Part shown: positions 8,899 to 18,879 of the stretch, piece by piece
How positions within the stretch are numbered: the first letter of the stretch is position 1
Layout: each line of letters opens with the position of its first letter
Assembly: GCA_964464765.1 (NCBI GenBank)
Contig: CAYXJU010000003.1
Coordinates: 1 to 45,822 of the forward strand
Reading direction: 5' to 3'
DNA from: an uncultured Candidatus Bathyarchaeia archaeon
Lineage (GTDB): Archaea; Thermoproteota; Bathyarchaeia; 40CM-2-53-6; CAVXDP01
Length of the DNA: 45,822 bases
Notes under the pieces: model-generated
The model's database searches: none
The model's input: the letters and a program-made list of their open reading frames with translations, nothing else
What the model was told of the DNA's origin: nothing
Program-made: the position numbers and the translations under genes

Positions 8899-9465
8899 TC
8901 ACTTTCCCGATCTAAGCGCTTCAAAAAGAGTTTTTCCCACGTCGGTCGCTAGGCCTTTCTCAGCTGACTCCAAGAATTCAATCATACTTCTGGCAGAGTG
9001 GCCCTCTCTACTGTATCTTAGAGCTTGAAGGCTCATCTCAATCCTATCTATATCTCTCAGAACCCTCGATTCCCGTGAACGTTGTTTCCAATATTCATTC
9101 ATCAAAGACAGATACTTCCTTCTGAGTCCAGAGGGTAGTGAAACCAGTGTGGCAGTCGCAGCTCGCTTCTCAAGTGTTTTAACCTTAACACCTAGTTTCT
9201 GTTTCTGTCGAGGAGTAAGATCGCCAGTGACAGATTCGGGAAGATCATGAAGTAACGCCATCCTGATTAAACGTTCACCGTCTAATCCACAAAGATCTCC
9301 CACTATCATGGCCATGATGGCACAGGCATAAGAGTGATCTGCTACCGACTCTGGTTTCTTCACGCCAGCTCTGATCCAACCCTTTCTTCTAACACGCTTC
9401 AATCTCCCAGCATTGTCTTGAAAGTCTATGACATAGTTTGCCAGACGGTTCAACCATGACCTCAT
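8899..9465 (-). CDS. HD-domain hydrolase (YfbR/HDDC2-like 5'-deoxynucleotidase)
   Basis: LKRVRRKGW, ESVADHS, ALLHDLPESVTGD, DRIEM. Confidence 0.9.
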   Translation of the reverse strand: MRSWLNRLANYVIDFQDNAGRLKRVRRKGWIRAGVKKPESVADHSYACAIMAMIVGDLCGLDGERLIRMALLHDLPESVTGDLTPRQKQKLGVKVKTLEKRAATATLVSLPSGLRRKYLSLMNEYWKQRSRESRVLRDIDRIEMSLQALRYSREGHSARSMIEFLESAEKGLATDVGKTLFEALRSGK

Positions 9466-9667
9466 CTCGAGTTACATCGGTACTTCAGCCATCCACATAT
9501 ATACGCTGTCTGGGACGATCAATCCGCAGTATGACGCTAACCTTTCGATCGTGTTTACGAAGGGGATGGTGTTCGACTGGACGTTTCTACCGCAACAATT
9601 TGATAAGGAAAGAGTCAGAATTAGTGGTAGATTCTTCTTTGACAAGCTCAAGGCTGTTGATGTCAAA

Positions 9668-11212
9668 ATGAAACTTGTAGCAAAACCTATTGGTTTAGAG
9701 GCTTTCGGCAAATCCGTGGTAATACTGCATATAGACGATGCTGCAGAACTTGGAACTAGAAGTTCTGGAAGGGTACAACTTCTCCACGGTGACAAGGGGC
9801 TCACAGCCATAGTTAACACAACTGGCAGGATTGTCATGAGAGGTGAAGTTGGTGTGTACAAAGAGGTCCAAGATGCCTTGGGTCTCTGGGGCGAAGAGAT
9901 TGTAGATGTTGATGTAGCGAGCCCTCCGACATCTTTGAGTTATATCCGCAATAGACTAGAGGGGAGAAAACTCAACAGCCATGAAATATCCGAAATCATA
10001 AGAGACACCGTGCGTGGCAATCTGAGCGAAATAGAGATCGCATCTTTTGTCACATCGCTGAACACATTTCACTTGGATCTGGACGAGGCGACAAGCCTCT
10101 CAATGGCGATGGTTGAGTCGGGTAAGACACTGAACCTAAACAGAAAACCCATAGTCGACAAGCACTCAATTGGAGGAGTTCCTGGAGACAAAACAACGCT
10201 TGTGGTGGTTCCAGTAATAGCGTCCTGTGGCTTGACAATTCCCAAGAGTTCATCCCGAGCCATCACATCAGCGGCTGGAAGTGCAGATAGAGCAGAGGTC
10301 CTTATGCCAGTCAACCTTGAGATTGAGGAGGTAAGACGAGTTGTTGAGAAGATCGGGGGATGCGTGGTGTGGGGAGGGGCCCTACAGATGGCCCCTGCAG
10401 ACGATCTGTTTGTTCAAGTAGAGTATCCTCTATCCATAGACCCACTCCTGTTACCGTCGATTGTCAGCAAGAAGAAAGCTGTAGGAGCTGAGTATGTCGT
10501 TGTTGACATACCTCTGGGAATGGGCGCTAAGGTCAAGACAATAGCGGATGCACGATTGCTGGCAAGAGACTTCATGGAACTAGGAAAGAGACTCGGAATG
10601 AGGATTCAATGCGCAATCACCAATGGAAACCAACCAATCGGTCATGCGATCGGCCCCGCACTTGAAGCAAGAGAAGCCCTTGAAACTTTGACCAGAAAAC
10701 ATTCGGTCCCAGATCTTATCGACAAGGCTACGGACATTGCGGGCATGATCATCGATATGACAGGAAGCGTGGATGGCAAGAGAATAGCAGCTGCGGCGCT
10801 GTCACAAGGAAAAGCAGAGAAGAAGATGAGAGAGATAATTGCTGAACAAGGTGGAGACCAAGAGATCAAACCTGAAGACATAAAGGTTGGAGAGAAAACG
10901 CTTGGCTTCGACTCCACAGAGTCGGGATTTGTCCTTTGGATAAATAGTTCGAAACTCGTTGAGACAGCAAGGTTAGCAGGAGCTCCAAAGGACAAAGGAG
11001 CGGGCTTACTTCTCCACAAGAAGATTGGCGACACAGTTCATCAAGGTGAGAAGCTCTTGAGTCTGTATGCTGAAAAATCAGGCAAACTGGAAAAAGCCAA
11101 AGAGGTTCTACAAGAGGAAAGAGTCGTAATGATCGGCCATCGGACAGAGATGACAATGGCCATGATAAAGGAAGTACCAGTCTACAAGGAGCCCTTCATT
11201 CTCGAAAGATGA
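9668..11212 (+). CDS. deoA: AMP phosphorylase (thymidine phosphorylase family)
   Basis: DKHSIGGVPGDKT, PKSSSRAITSAAGSAD, SKKKAVG, QPIGHAIGPALEARE, AGAPKDKGAG; ATG 9668 is the likely start rather than GTG 9551. Confidence 0.93.
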   Translation: MKLVAKPIGLEAFGKSVVILHIDDAAELGTRSSGRVQLLHGDKGLTAIVNTTGRIVMRGEVGVYKEVQDALGLWGEEIVDVDVASPPTSLSYIRNRLEGRKLNSHEISEIIRDTVRGNLSEIEIASFVTSLNTFHLDLDEATSLSMAMVESGKTLNLNRKPIVDKHSIGGVPGDKTTLVVVPVIASCGLTIPKSSSRAITSAAGSADRAEVLMPVNLEIEEVRRVVEKIGGCVVWGGALQMAPADDLFVQVEYPLSIDPLLLPSIVSKKKAVGAEYVVVDIPLGMGAKVKTIADARLLARDFMELGKRLGMRIQCAITNGNQPIGHAIGPALEAREALETLTRKHSVPDLIDKATDIAGMIIDMTGSVDGKRIAAAALSQGKAEKKMREIIAEQGGDQEIKPEDIKVGEKTLGFDSTESGFVLWINSSKLVETARLAGAPKDKGAGLLLHKKIGDTVHQGEKLLSLYAEKSGKLEKAKEVLQEERVVMIGHRTEMTMAMIKEVPVYKEPFILER

Positions 11213-11243
11213 AGACGTGCTTGTACCAACGGAATAGACCAGT

Positions 11244-11288
11244 GGCAAGCACTTCTCTACGCTATTTTATAGAAGTTGCCTCGCTTTT
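11244..11288 (+). terminator. Imperfect hairpin plus T-tract after AMP phosphorylase
   Basis: GGCA..ACTTCT / AGAAGT TGCC arms followed by gctttt. Confidence 0.3.
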
Positions 11289-11444
11289 AATAGTACTAGT
11301 AAATAATCGTGCTTCCGCTCGTCGTTTTCTACATGACCCATGCAATACAGTTTTAGTTATGCTACATTGTCACTTCGAGATCGATCAGTCATGACGACTG
11401 TTGAGATCTTAGAAATGAAGCCGAAGAACAGACAGGAAGGCAAC

Positions 11445-11630
11445 ATGACCTTCAAAGAAAAAGCACGTGTCAACGAGAAAGTCAAGCAACCGAGATTCTT
11501 CTGTTCAAACTGCAATCATGAGATCTTCTTATGCATGTTGTACTGCGACGAGTGTGGAGGAGAGATCGCTTGGCCGGAAAAGTACAAGACCATCATTCCA
11601 AAGGAAAAAGAACGGAAGAAAAACGATTAA
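11445..11630 (+). CDS. Small zinc-ribbon protein
   Basis: ATG after AGGAAGG; CSNC...CDECGG...W; basic tail. Confidence 0.7.
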   Translation: MTFKEKARVNEKVKQPRFFCSNCNHEIFLCMLYCDECGGEIAWPEKYKTIIPKEKERKKND

Positions 11631-11739
11631 CCGACGACAAAGCGTTCTCTCGGAAGGATACTGGATCCCATCATCTAAAAGAAATTTTGCTGCCTTTCTA
11701 GAGAATCTTCTGCTTCAATACGAATCCCCTTTTTCATAA

Positions 11740-12471
11740 TTATCTTAGCTGTGCAGACGCATGTGAGAGGACAGGTAACAGATCTGTCAAAGACCTTACC
11801 GTAAGATCTGCCCTGACATCAGAATCCCATCTTCGTCGCCAGACATGTATCGTCCTCATTCCAGCTTCTTTCGCTCCAGCTATGTCAGTGAAAGGTTTGT
11901 CACCCACGAAAACCGTTGCCTCGTTAGATACATCTAGCAATCTCGAAGCCTTGAGAAAAGGAACAGGGCTCGGTTTGAGTTCGACCGTGTCCTCTCCAGC
12001 AACAACCACTACAGACAGAAACTCCCGGAAGGGGAGCATATTGATTCGACGAAGCTTGACTCCGGGACTTCCATCAGTATCCGAGACCAGACCTAACTTG
12101 TATCCACGCTGTCTGAGGCATTCTAGAACGCTAATTGTATCTGGATAGGGCAGACTGTACTTGGAATAAGATTCCCAATACTCGGCCGTCATCCTACTAG
12201 CCAGATCTTCTGGCAATTCAAGGCGCGGGTCAATTTCAGCGACAAGAGTTGGCCACCAGAGGTTCCTATCATACTGAGAATCCCTGTTCATGTGATCATC
12301 CAAAAGCTTGATCTTCAAAAGGAAATCGGCAGTATCCACTTGAACTCCACTTACCTTAAGGAATTCTAGAATTAGGTGAGCTACTCTTTCATGAGCCTTC
12401 ATCAACCCCGTTTCGGCATCAATCAGTGTCTCATCAAGATCGAAAAGGACAGCTTCAATCCCATCGAACAA
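11740..12471 (-). CDS. HAD-superfamily hydrolase, subfamily IA
   Basis: FDLDETL, LVSD, KP, VGD...DIAGAKEAGM. Confidence 0.92.
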   Translation of the reverse strand: MFDGIEAVLFDLDETLIDAETGLMKAHERVAHLILEFLKVSGVQVDTADFLLKIKLLDDHMNRDSQYDRNLWWPTLVAEIDPRLELPEDLASRMTAEYWESYSKYSLPYPDTISVLECLRQRGYKLGLVSDTDGSPGVKLRRINMLPFREFLSVVVVAGEDTVELKPSPVPFLKASRLLDVSNEATVFVGDKPFTDIAGAKEAGMRTIHVWRRRWDSDVRADLTVRSLTDLLPVLSHASAQLR

Positions 12472-12644
12472 TCACATAACCCTCCATGAAATATCACGAC
12501 CGAGACTAGGCTCCTAAAGACAAGTTCACTCTCATCACTTAAAATACGTCTCATTCTTCGAGCTTCAAGGAACGCCATTTTAAGGAACAAAAGACCATAA
12601 TGCAGAAACCATTACTGCTGAAACCAGTGGTGAAGTGACCTAGC

Positions 12645-12785
12645 ATGGGTGAACTTCGATATAGAATTGCGCAGATCTCGGACACGCACATCTCTCCGCA
12701 TGGCAATTTTGTGGAAGCAACCTTTGACTTGGCCGTGTGCGTCAAGACAGCTACATTGTTCGGGATTCCACTGAATTCAACATGA
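12645..12785 (+). pseudogene. Truncated metallophosphoesterase N-terminal fragment
   Basis: GGTGA RBS; MGELRYRIAQISDTHISPHGNFVEATFDLAV... contains motif I (DxH) but stops at 46 aa. Confidence 0.65.
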
Positions 12786-12825
12786 AAATGAAGCGATCAG
12801 TACCCAAGGAACGAGTGATGATCAG

Positions 12826-13344
12826 ATGACGATAATGATCGACGACGCCGGAGTAGGTGACCTCTTATTCGGCGTGGTCATCGGCGCATATCGAAGCGAG
12901 ACTGGAGACTTCCGCTACGATGTTGTCGATGTCAAGTATTTTCAATATCCAGTATTCAAACGCAAGAAGTATCTTCAAGAAACCTCTCGCATTGTCTTCG
13001 AAATGTTGAACAGACTTGAAATCAAAGATGGCGAACCGATCTACATATGCAGCGGAAATATTTTTGATCAGGCATATCATGACTTGAAGACAAAGTACAA
13101 TGATCTTGTACACGTGTCGAAGATTACTGGAACTGCGCAACACTATACAGAAACAGCCTATCTGGATGAGGTTAGGAATCTTGGCTACGAGCCTAGATCG
13201 GATAGAGACACAAAGAGAGCCAAAAGTTTCTTTCACATGCTGAACTGGGTAAGGCGTGATCCAAGACGGCTAAAATATGTAAAAACGGGATGGCCGCGAC
13301 TTAGAAGACATAATCTTAGAGCCCACAGAAGAGTTCACGACTAG
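12826..13344 (+). CDS. Uncharacterised RNase HII-like fold protein
   Basis: N-terminal IMIDDAGVGDLLFGVVIG resembles the RNase HII GIDEAGRG..GP motif; remainder divergent. Confidence 0.65.
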   Translation: MTIMIDDAGVGDLLFGVVIGAYRSETGDFRYDVVDVKYFQYPVFKRKKYLQETSRIVFEMLNRLEIKDGEPIYICSGNIFDQAYHDLKTKYNDLVHVSKITGTAQHYTETAYLDEVRNLGYEPRSDRDTKRAKSFFHMLNWVRRDPRRLKYVKTGWPRLRRHNLRAHRRVHD

Positions 13345-13345
13345 C

Positions 13346-16300
13346 TTATCCATAGAGAAGAACCTTGTAAAGCGAGTTAGTTTCGGTTCGAACAGACTGT
13401 TCGATTCTTCTACGTCTGAATCCCATCACTATCACCGTCAAGACTACACCAAAAACGAAACCAACCAAGTACGGCAGGTAGTCCAGTATTCGAAGCTCTA
13501 GTGGTCTGGTCTTCAGAGGAGTTACTTCCAGTGTTCCATAGAACCTCTCGACTCCAATGCGTCCATCGAAAAGGGTTGTGTGCAAAAGTACTGTATAGTG
13601 ACCTGCTTCACTATTCGGGATCGTGACAATTGTCGCGGTCGGGCCGGCGTTTTGGGATCGATAGAATACCCCTGTATTCGGGATCCAGTCGCTGGGAATA
13701 CCGAGAAGCCATTGCACAGGGGGAGTCGTAGTGGCGGTTATGTTTCCAGACGGGTCGAGAACGTAAATGTCCATGCTTGTGTTGGGGTTTGCCCATTCAA
13801 GTCTGAGTACAGTTACCTCAGAAAGATCGGATCGTGGAGTCTTAACCTCTATTGGTATGATTCGCCAATCTCCGGACTCGTAGCGCCACCTCCAATCAGT
13901 TGCTCCATGCACGAGATAACTGTCGTAGAGGATGTTTGGAGAGGTAGTGGTTGCACCAATCTCGATGGGTTCGTTTGGTTTCGATACCTCCAATGGAACT
14001 TCCACGGAGACTGGAATCTGAACGGTTTGTCTGCCTTCACACACCAAGACGAGAAAACCTGCATACACGCCCGGAGGCGTATCGTCAGGTATTCGTAATG
14101 TCGCTGTGAAGTCTGTCGAGCTTCTCGGTTTCGCTGTCAGATGTTCTGTTGAAGTAGATATCCAGTCCCAAGGCGCTTTTTTGAAATAGTATATGTTGAG
14201 TGTGAAACTGACGGGTTTGTTCAAATAGGTTTTCTCCGCTCCTGAATCTCCTGAGTTGATCATGTAGCCTGTTGTTGCCTCCCATACGCCAATCACTTTT
14301 TCATGGGGCATTTTCTCTGCTGGATTGAAGATACGAATCTCTTGGCTATTGCCCCAGTTGTATCCATAGTTGACTAGCGCTGTCTCATTCCACTCTACAG
14401 TACCATTGTGGTCGATGTCGGTCCAGTCGTAGACGTATAGGTAGAGTAAGTTTGATGGATATCCGTATGGTGTCACGGATGAGTTGTAGAACGATTCAAA
14501 GGGATAGTCAAGTCTGACTATCATGAGGATCGTGTCATTAGGTATTGGTCCAGATATCTCTGTGAGATTAAAGTAGGCTGGGACGCCTTTCAAGGTTGGA
14601 TCGGATCGGCTGCTGTAGCTGGAAGTTGATATCAATTCAAGGGTTGACGATTCAACAGATATGTCCAGTGGAAGAGTTGATGGATTATCTACTGTGAATG
14701 TGGCAGATTCGGACTCGCCTCTGGACACTCTACCTGCGTACCATGACGTATCGTAGAATGCGATTTCTGATTGCATTTGAATTGAAGTTGCATTCGGAAG
14801 AACTGTATCAAGCATGGTCCAAGCTTGGTTCAGAGATGCCATGACATTTCGATACGTTGCATCTGTACGAACCCGGAATGACTCCGCCCCTGATGCGTTT
14901 GTCTGAATCGTATAGGAGGCGGCCCTGAAAACATCAATTCTACCTGATCCTTGGGTGAATGGGTCGTTCCCAAGATCCTCGGATGTGCTCATCAAGATTG
15001 TCTTGACGTATGAAGGGTCGGACTCTTGTCCTGCTTTTCTCAGACCTTCGACAACAATAGCGGCTCCACCTGCAGTAAGTGGGGCGGCTTCGCTTGTTCC
15101 TCCAAATACATCGTAAGCTTGAGATCCATTACCGTATCCTCCGTTAACTGGTCCCGCGTCAAAAGCGAATGCTCCGACATTAAGAATATCTGGTTTCGAT
15201 TGGCCAAGTGCGTTCGGTCCACGGCATGACCAAGCGATTACGTCATCACCTGCGTTTGAGTATGCTCCCATACGTTCGACTCCCAGAGAGGAAGCCCAGT
15301 GCATACTTGTGGAGGCTCCGACGCTCAATGCGAAAGAACCGAAGCCACTTGAGGTCATCGTTCCATATCCAGGTCCACCGTTCCCGACTGCATGCACAAA
15401 CAATGTTCCAGGGTAGTCGGTCGATAGGTAGCCCGGAATCGATAACGCATTTTCAAGTACGCTGACTAGGTCGTATCCCACTCCAGCGCCCAACAGAGGC
15501 CACTCAGACCATCCCCAGCTGTTGCTGACAACTTCAGCTCTATGCTCACCTGTGTACAACCATTTACCCGATTTCACATCTAGGTCGAAACCAGAAATCC
15601 ACATCCAAGCATAGAGCACATCACCTAGCCAGAGTGCTTTTGCTGCGAGAATCGAGGCATTCGGTGCTATGCCAGGAATCTTATACAATGTCCCGTTCCT
15701 ATAGACATCGTAACCCACGATTCCACGACTCGCCACATTGGCCGCACACAGAGTGCCGTGCGGCTCGTAGTCAAACATGACACCCAAGAAGTTACCTTTG
15801 GGATCCAACCCTGGCAAGAGGTTCCCAGTCGGATAACCGAGAGCCATGTCGTACTCAGACAGTTGTCTAGTGAAGACGCCCCATACATCCAGCACCTGAG
15901 CACCGAGTAATCCAGCGCTTATGTCGGGTACGCCGTCACCTGTGAAATCCGATGCTAGAAACTCGGAGCCGTCTCCAACGTGATGTGGGGTTTCATCGTA
16001 GAAACTGTAATCAGCCTTCTTCTGGCCGGTCCAAAGAGCAAATGTTGACGATAGGTCTACGTACACCGTATCGTAGACTCCGGGAATCTCACTGTCCACA
16101 ACAAGCACTGGATAGAATATCTCATCTGTCCCTGGTCCGCCAAAGTTGTCTTGCTCCATCAATAGCCCAAAATGATAGACTCCACTTCTTGAAATAATGA
16201 AGTGCCGCGGATCTTTACCTATCTTGTAGTTTTGTATCAGGTGAGCTATTGCAGCACCGGTTCCGTTCCAATATTTTACGTCAGTTCCAATTCCTCTGTT

Positions 16301-17005
16301 CCGCAGGTCAAGAAAAACACCTTCCGACGTGATAAGAACTTGGGAAGTGCTTCTGACGAGAGTCTCCCCTCCCTGCAATTCCACGTTGGCCTTTAAAGTT
16401 GTGTTTGTCATCACTAGTCCTTGTTCGTCGGCGTCTATCGCGATCGGCCGCCCTTCGGAGTCTCTAGCCACAGCTCCCGAAATGTCAGGATTTCCAAAAT
16501 CGACTCCTGTGTCGACTACGGCGACTGTAACTCCTGATCCGTTAAGTCCAAGATCGGAATTGGTTTTGGATGCGCCTGTAATCTCCCTAATCCGAAACAT
16601 GTCTGTTTGAGGTCCGGGATTGTCGATTTCGAGTCTAGCACTTTCGTCATATGAGATCTTCATGTCAGGCAAGACTCGGACAACGCCCGTTGTAGTTGAG
16701 AGCTTGCGCAAATCATGTTCCGATACGACTCCCACGACAGCAAATCCAGATCTGAAATAGCTTGTAAAACCTGACTGCATCAGACCGCGAACCGGCTCTG
16801 CTTCTCCACGCCCAAGCACTATTACTCGAAGCAACTTCTGCGATGTTGCAAGATTCTCTCTGGAACTTAGTGATTGATCTTGGCCATTGACTACTAATTG
16901 ATTTCCATGTTGAAACATGAAAGATCCCGACACTATAAGCCACATAATGAGGCATGTCCCAAGAAGTAATGTGCCTTTCAATTTCATCCTCATCCAAGAA
17001 GACAA
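13346..17005 (-). CDS. Large membrane-anchored subtilisin-like serine protease (S8, pyrolysin-like architecture)
   Basis: Signal peptide; VAVVDTGVD (Asp), HGTLCA (His), AVGNGGP (oxyanion Asn), GGTSEAAP (Ser); C-terminal TM plus RRRR. Confidence 0.92.
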   Translation of the reverse strand: MSSWMRMKLKGTLLLGTCLIMWLIVSGSFMFQHGNQLVVNGQDQSLSSRENLATSQKLLRVIVLGRGEAEPVRGLMQSGFTSYFRSGFAVVGVVSEHDLRKLSTTTGVVRVLPDMKISYDESARLEIDNPGPQTDMFRIREITGASKTNSDLGLNGSGVTVAVVDTGVDFGNPDISGAVARDSEGRPIAIDADEQGLVMTNTTLKANVELQGGETLVRSTSQVLITSEGVFLDLRNRGIGTDVKYWNGTGAAIAHLIQNYKIGKDPRHFIISRSGVYHFGLLMEQDNFGGPGTDEIFYPVLVVDSEIPGVYDTVYVDLSSTFALWTGQKKADYSFYDETPHHVGDGSEFLASDFTGDGVPDISAGLLGAQVLDVWGVFTRQLSEYDMALGYPTGNLLPGLDPKGNFLGVMFDYEPHGTLCAANVASRGIVGYDVYRNGTLYKIPGIAPNASILAAKALWLGDVLYAWMWISGFDLDVKSGKWLYTGEHRAEVVSNSWGWSEWPLLGAGVGYDLVSVLENALSIPGYLSTDYPGTLFVHAVGNGGPGYGTMTSSGFGSFALSVGASTSMHWASSLGVERMGAYSNAGDDVIAWSCRGPNALGQSKPDILNVGAFAFDAGPVNGGYGNGSQAYDVFGGTSEAAPLTAGGAAIVVEGLRKAGQESDPSYVKTILMSTSEDLGNDPFTQGSGRIDVFRAASYTIQTNASGAESFRVRTDATYRNVMASLNQAWTMLDTVLPNATSIQMQSEIAFYDTSWYAGRVSRGESESATFTVDNPSTLPLDISVESSTLELISTSSYSSRSDPTLKGVPAYFNLTEISGPIPNDTILMIVRLDYPFESFYNSSVTPYGYPSNLLYLYVYDWTDIDHNGTVEWNETALVNYGYNWGNSQEIRIFNPAEKMPHEKVIGVWEATTGYMINSGDSGAEKTYLNKPVSFTLNIYYFKKAPWDWISTSTEHLTAKPRSSTDFTATLRIPDDTPPGVYAGFLVLVCEGRQTVQIPVSVEVPLEVSKPNEPIEIGATTTSPNILYDSYLVHGATDWRWRYESGDWRIIPIEVKTPRSDLSEVTVLRLEWANPNTSMDIYVLDPSGNITATTTPPVQWLLGIPSDWIPNTGVFYRSQNAGPTATIVTIPNSEAGHYTVLLHTTLFDGRIGVERFYGTLEVTPLKTRPLELRILDYLPYLVGFVFGVVLTVIVMGFRRRRIEQSVRTETNSLYKVLLYG

Positions 17006-17122
17006 CTAGTTGGAAACCGAGTTCTTTCAATTGAATAAAAGACTTTACATTTGCTAAGCAGTTCTTACTTTGCATATTGCACCATTGAATAGTGGTGGTG
17101 CTCGATCAAGAGGTACGCTTGT

Positions 17123-17821
17123 TTGACAGAGAAACTCTATTGGAAGGATGCCTACATGAAGGACTTCACGGCACACGTAACCTCGAAAACAGAACAGGCT
17201 GTGGTTTTGGATAGGACCGCTTTCTTTCCAGAGGGTGGAGGCCAAGTCGCAGATATCGGGACGTTGAACGATATCAGAGTCTTTGATGTACGCAGGTTGG
17301 ATGAAGATATTGCACATTCTGTTGAAGAGATCTCGCGTTTCGCTGTCGGAGACGAGGTTGTCGGGAAAATAGACTGGAACCGACGTTACAAGATCATGAG
17401 GCTTCACACATCAGCCCATATAGTGTTCTTCTGTTTTCGAGAATATTTTGACCATGATTGCACCGCAAGTTCAGGAAGAGTTGATCAAGAGAAAGAACGA
17501 AGTGACTATCTATTCACGAAAGAATTGACTCCAGAGACTCTGATTATGATTGAAGACCGAGTGAACGAAACAATCTCGAAGGGTTTGGATGTTAGTATCT
17601 GGTTCGAGGATACGGAGGCTCGAGAGGTGAACCCTTGGACTGGAGCTGTGGCACCAGTAACATCGGGTTTGCGAAGGAAATGGAAGATCGACGTATTTCC
17701 CGAGATGGAATGTGGTGGAACGCATGTTCGAAACACTTCCGAGATTGGAAGGATCACCTTGAAGAAGGCTAAAAACCCTGGAGGCGGCAGGCGTCGCATA
17801 GAGATAAGATTATCAATGTAA
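17123..17821 (+). CDS. alaXM: Alanyl-tRNA editing protein AlaX-M
   Basis: KLYWKDAY, TAFFPEGGGQ, RLHTSAH, CGGTHVRNTSEIG. Confidence 0.92.
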   Translation: MTEKLYWKDAYMKDFTAHVTSKTEQAVVLDRTAFFPEGGGQVADIGTLNDIRVFDVRRLDEDIAHSVEEISRFAVGDEVVGKIDWNRRYKIMRLHTSAHIVFFCFREYFDHDCTASSGRVDQEKERSDYLFTKELTPETLIMIEDRVNETISKGLDVSIWFEDTEAREVNPWTGAVAPVTSGLRRKWKIDVFPEMECGGTHVRNTSEIGRITLKKAKNPGGGRRRIEIRLSM

Positions 17822-17859
17822 CCGATCTCTGATAGGCGATTCAATGGAGGAAAAATCAA

Positions 17860-18855
17860 ATGCCAAACCTGCTAGACCCAATAAGTATTGGAAAGCTACA
17901 ACTTCGTAACAGGATAGTAATGCCGCCGATGGCGACGAACTTAGCAACTCCTGAAGGAGAAGTGACGGATGCTTTAATCAATCACTATGCCCAACGTGCA
18001 AGTGGGCTGGGTCTTCTCGTAACAGAACATTCCTACGTCAGTTTTGAAGGTAGACTCTCTCGAAATCAACTCGGAATGTACGATGACAAACTCATCAAGG
18101 GCCTTTCAAAACTGACAACGGAAATTCACAAGAAAGGAACGCCGATTATGGCACAGATAAATCATGCTGGAGGAAGAACCACATCTAAAGTCATAGGCAC
18201 ACAACCAGTCGCTCCCTCAGCTGTATGCGTACCAGAGTGCACCGAGGTTCCAAGAGAATTGAAGAGCTCCGAGCTTGAAAGCATCGTTGAGGCTTTTCGT
18301 CAAGCGGCAAGACGAGCCGTAAGAGCGGGATACGATGTCGTGGAGATTCATGGAGCTCATGGCTTTCTACTAAACGAGTTTATGTCCCCCCTAACGAACA
18401 AACGCACTGACGAATATGGTGGCAGCTTAGAGAATAGAATGCGGTTTCCACTGATGGTTGTTGAAACGGTAAGAAAGGACCTTGGTGCCCAGTTTCCACT
18501 CTTGTACAGAATTGGAGCGGATGACAGGTGTCCCGGAGGCCTAACCCCAGATGAAAGCGCAACCGCAGCAAAACTGCTGACTGAAGCGAGCATAAACGCC
18601 ATTGATGTCTCCGGAGGAATGTGCGGTTCCAAACCCTCAGATCTCACAAGTCAAGGTTTCTACTTCTATCTTGCAGAAAAAATCCGAAAAGCCGTGAAAG
18701 TTCCAGTAATTGGTGTGGGGGGCGTTAAGGACCCGAAGTTCGCAGATGAAGCCATTAGAAAAGGCGTGACGGATATTGTGGCAGTTGGCAGAGCAATCCA
18801 AGCAGATCCAGGCTGGGCTATGAAGGCCGCTGATGTTCTCAGTAAATCCGCATGA
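17860..18855 (+). CDS. NADH:flavin oxidoreductase (old yellow enzyme family)
   Basis: LRNRIVMPPM, QINHAG, EIHGAHGFLL, NKRTDEYGGSLENRMRF. Confidence 0.93.
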   Translation: MPNLLDPISIGKLQLRNRIVMPPMATNLATPEGEVTDALINHYAQRASGLGLLVTEHSYVSFEGRLSRNQLGMYDDKLIKGLSKLTTEIHKKGTPIMAQINHAGGRTTSKVIGTQPVAPSAVCVPECTEVPRELKSSELESIVEAFRQAARRAVRAGYDVVEIHGAHGFLLNEFMSPLTNKRTDEYGGSLENRMRFPLMVVETVRKDLGAQFPLLYRIGADDRCPGGLTPDESATAAKLLTEASINAIDVSGGMCGSKPSDLTSQGFYFYLAEKIRKAVKVPVIGVGGVKDPKFADEAIRKGVTDIVAVGRAIQADPGWAMKAADVLSKSA

Positions 18856-18879
18856 AGAAGCTCTAGGCGATGGTAGGAA

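Noticed and set aside
9551-9667. 39-aa N-terminal extension of AMP phosphorylase in the ORF track
   Set aside because: Family resemblance starts at ATG 9668; the region is more likely the divergent promoter
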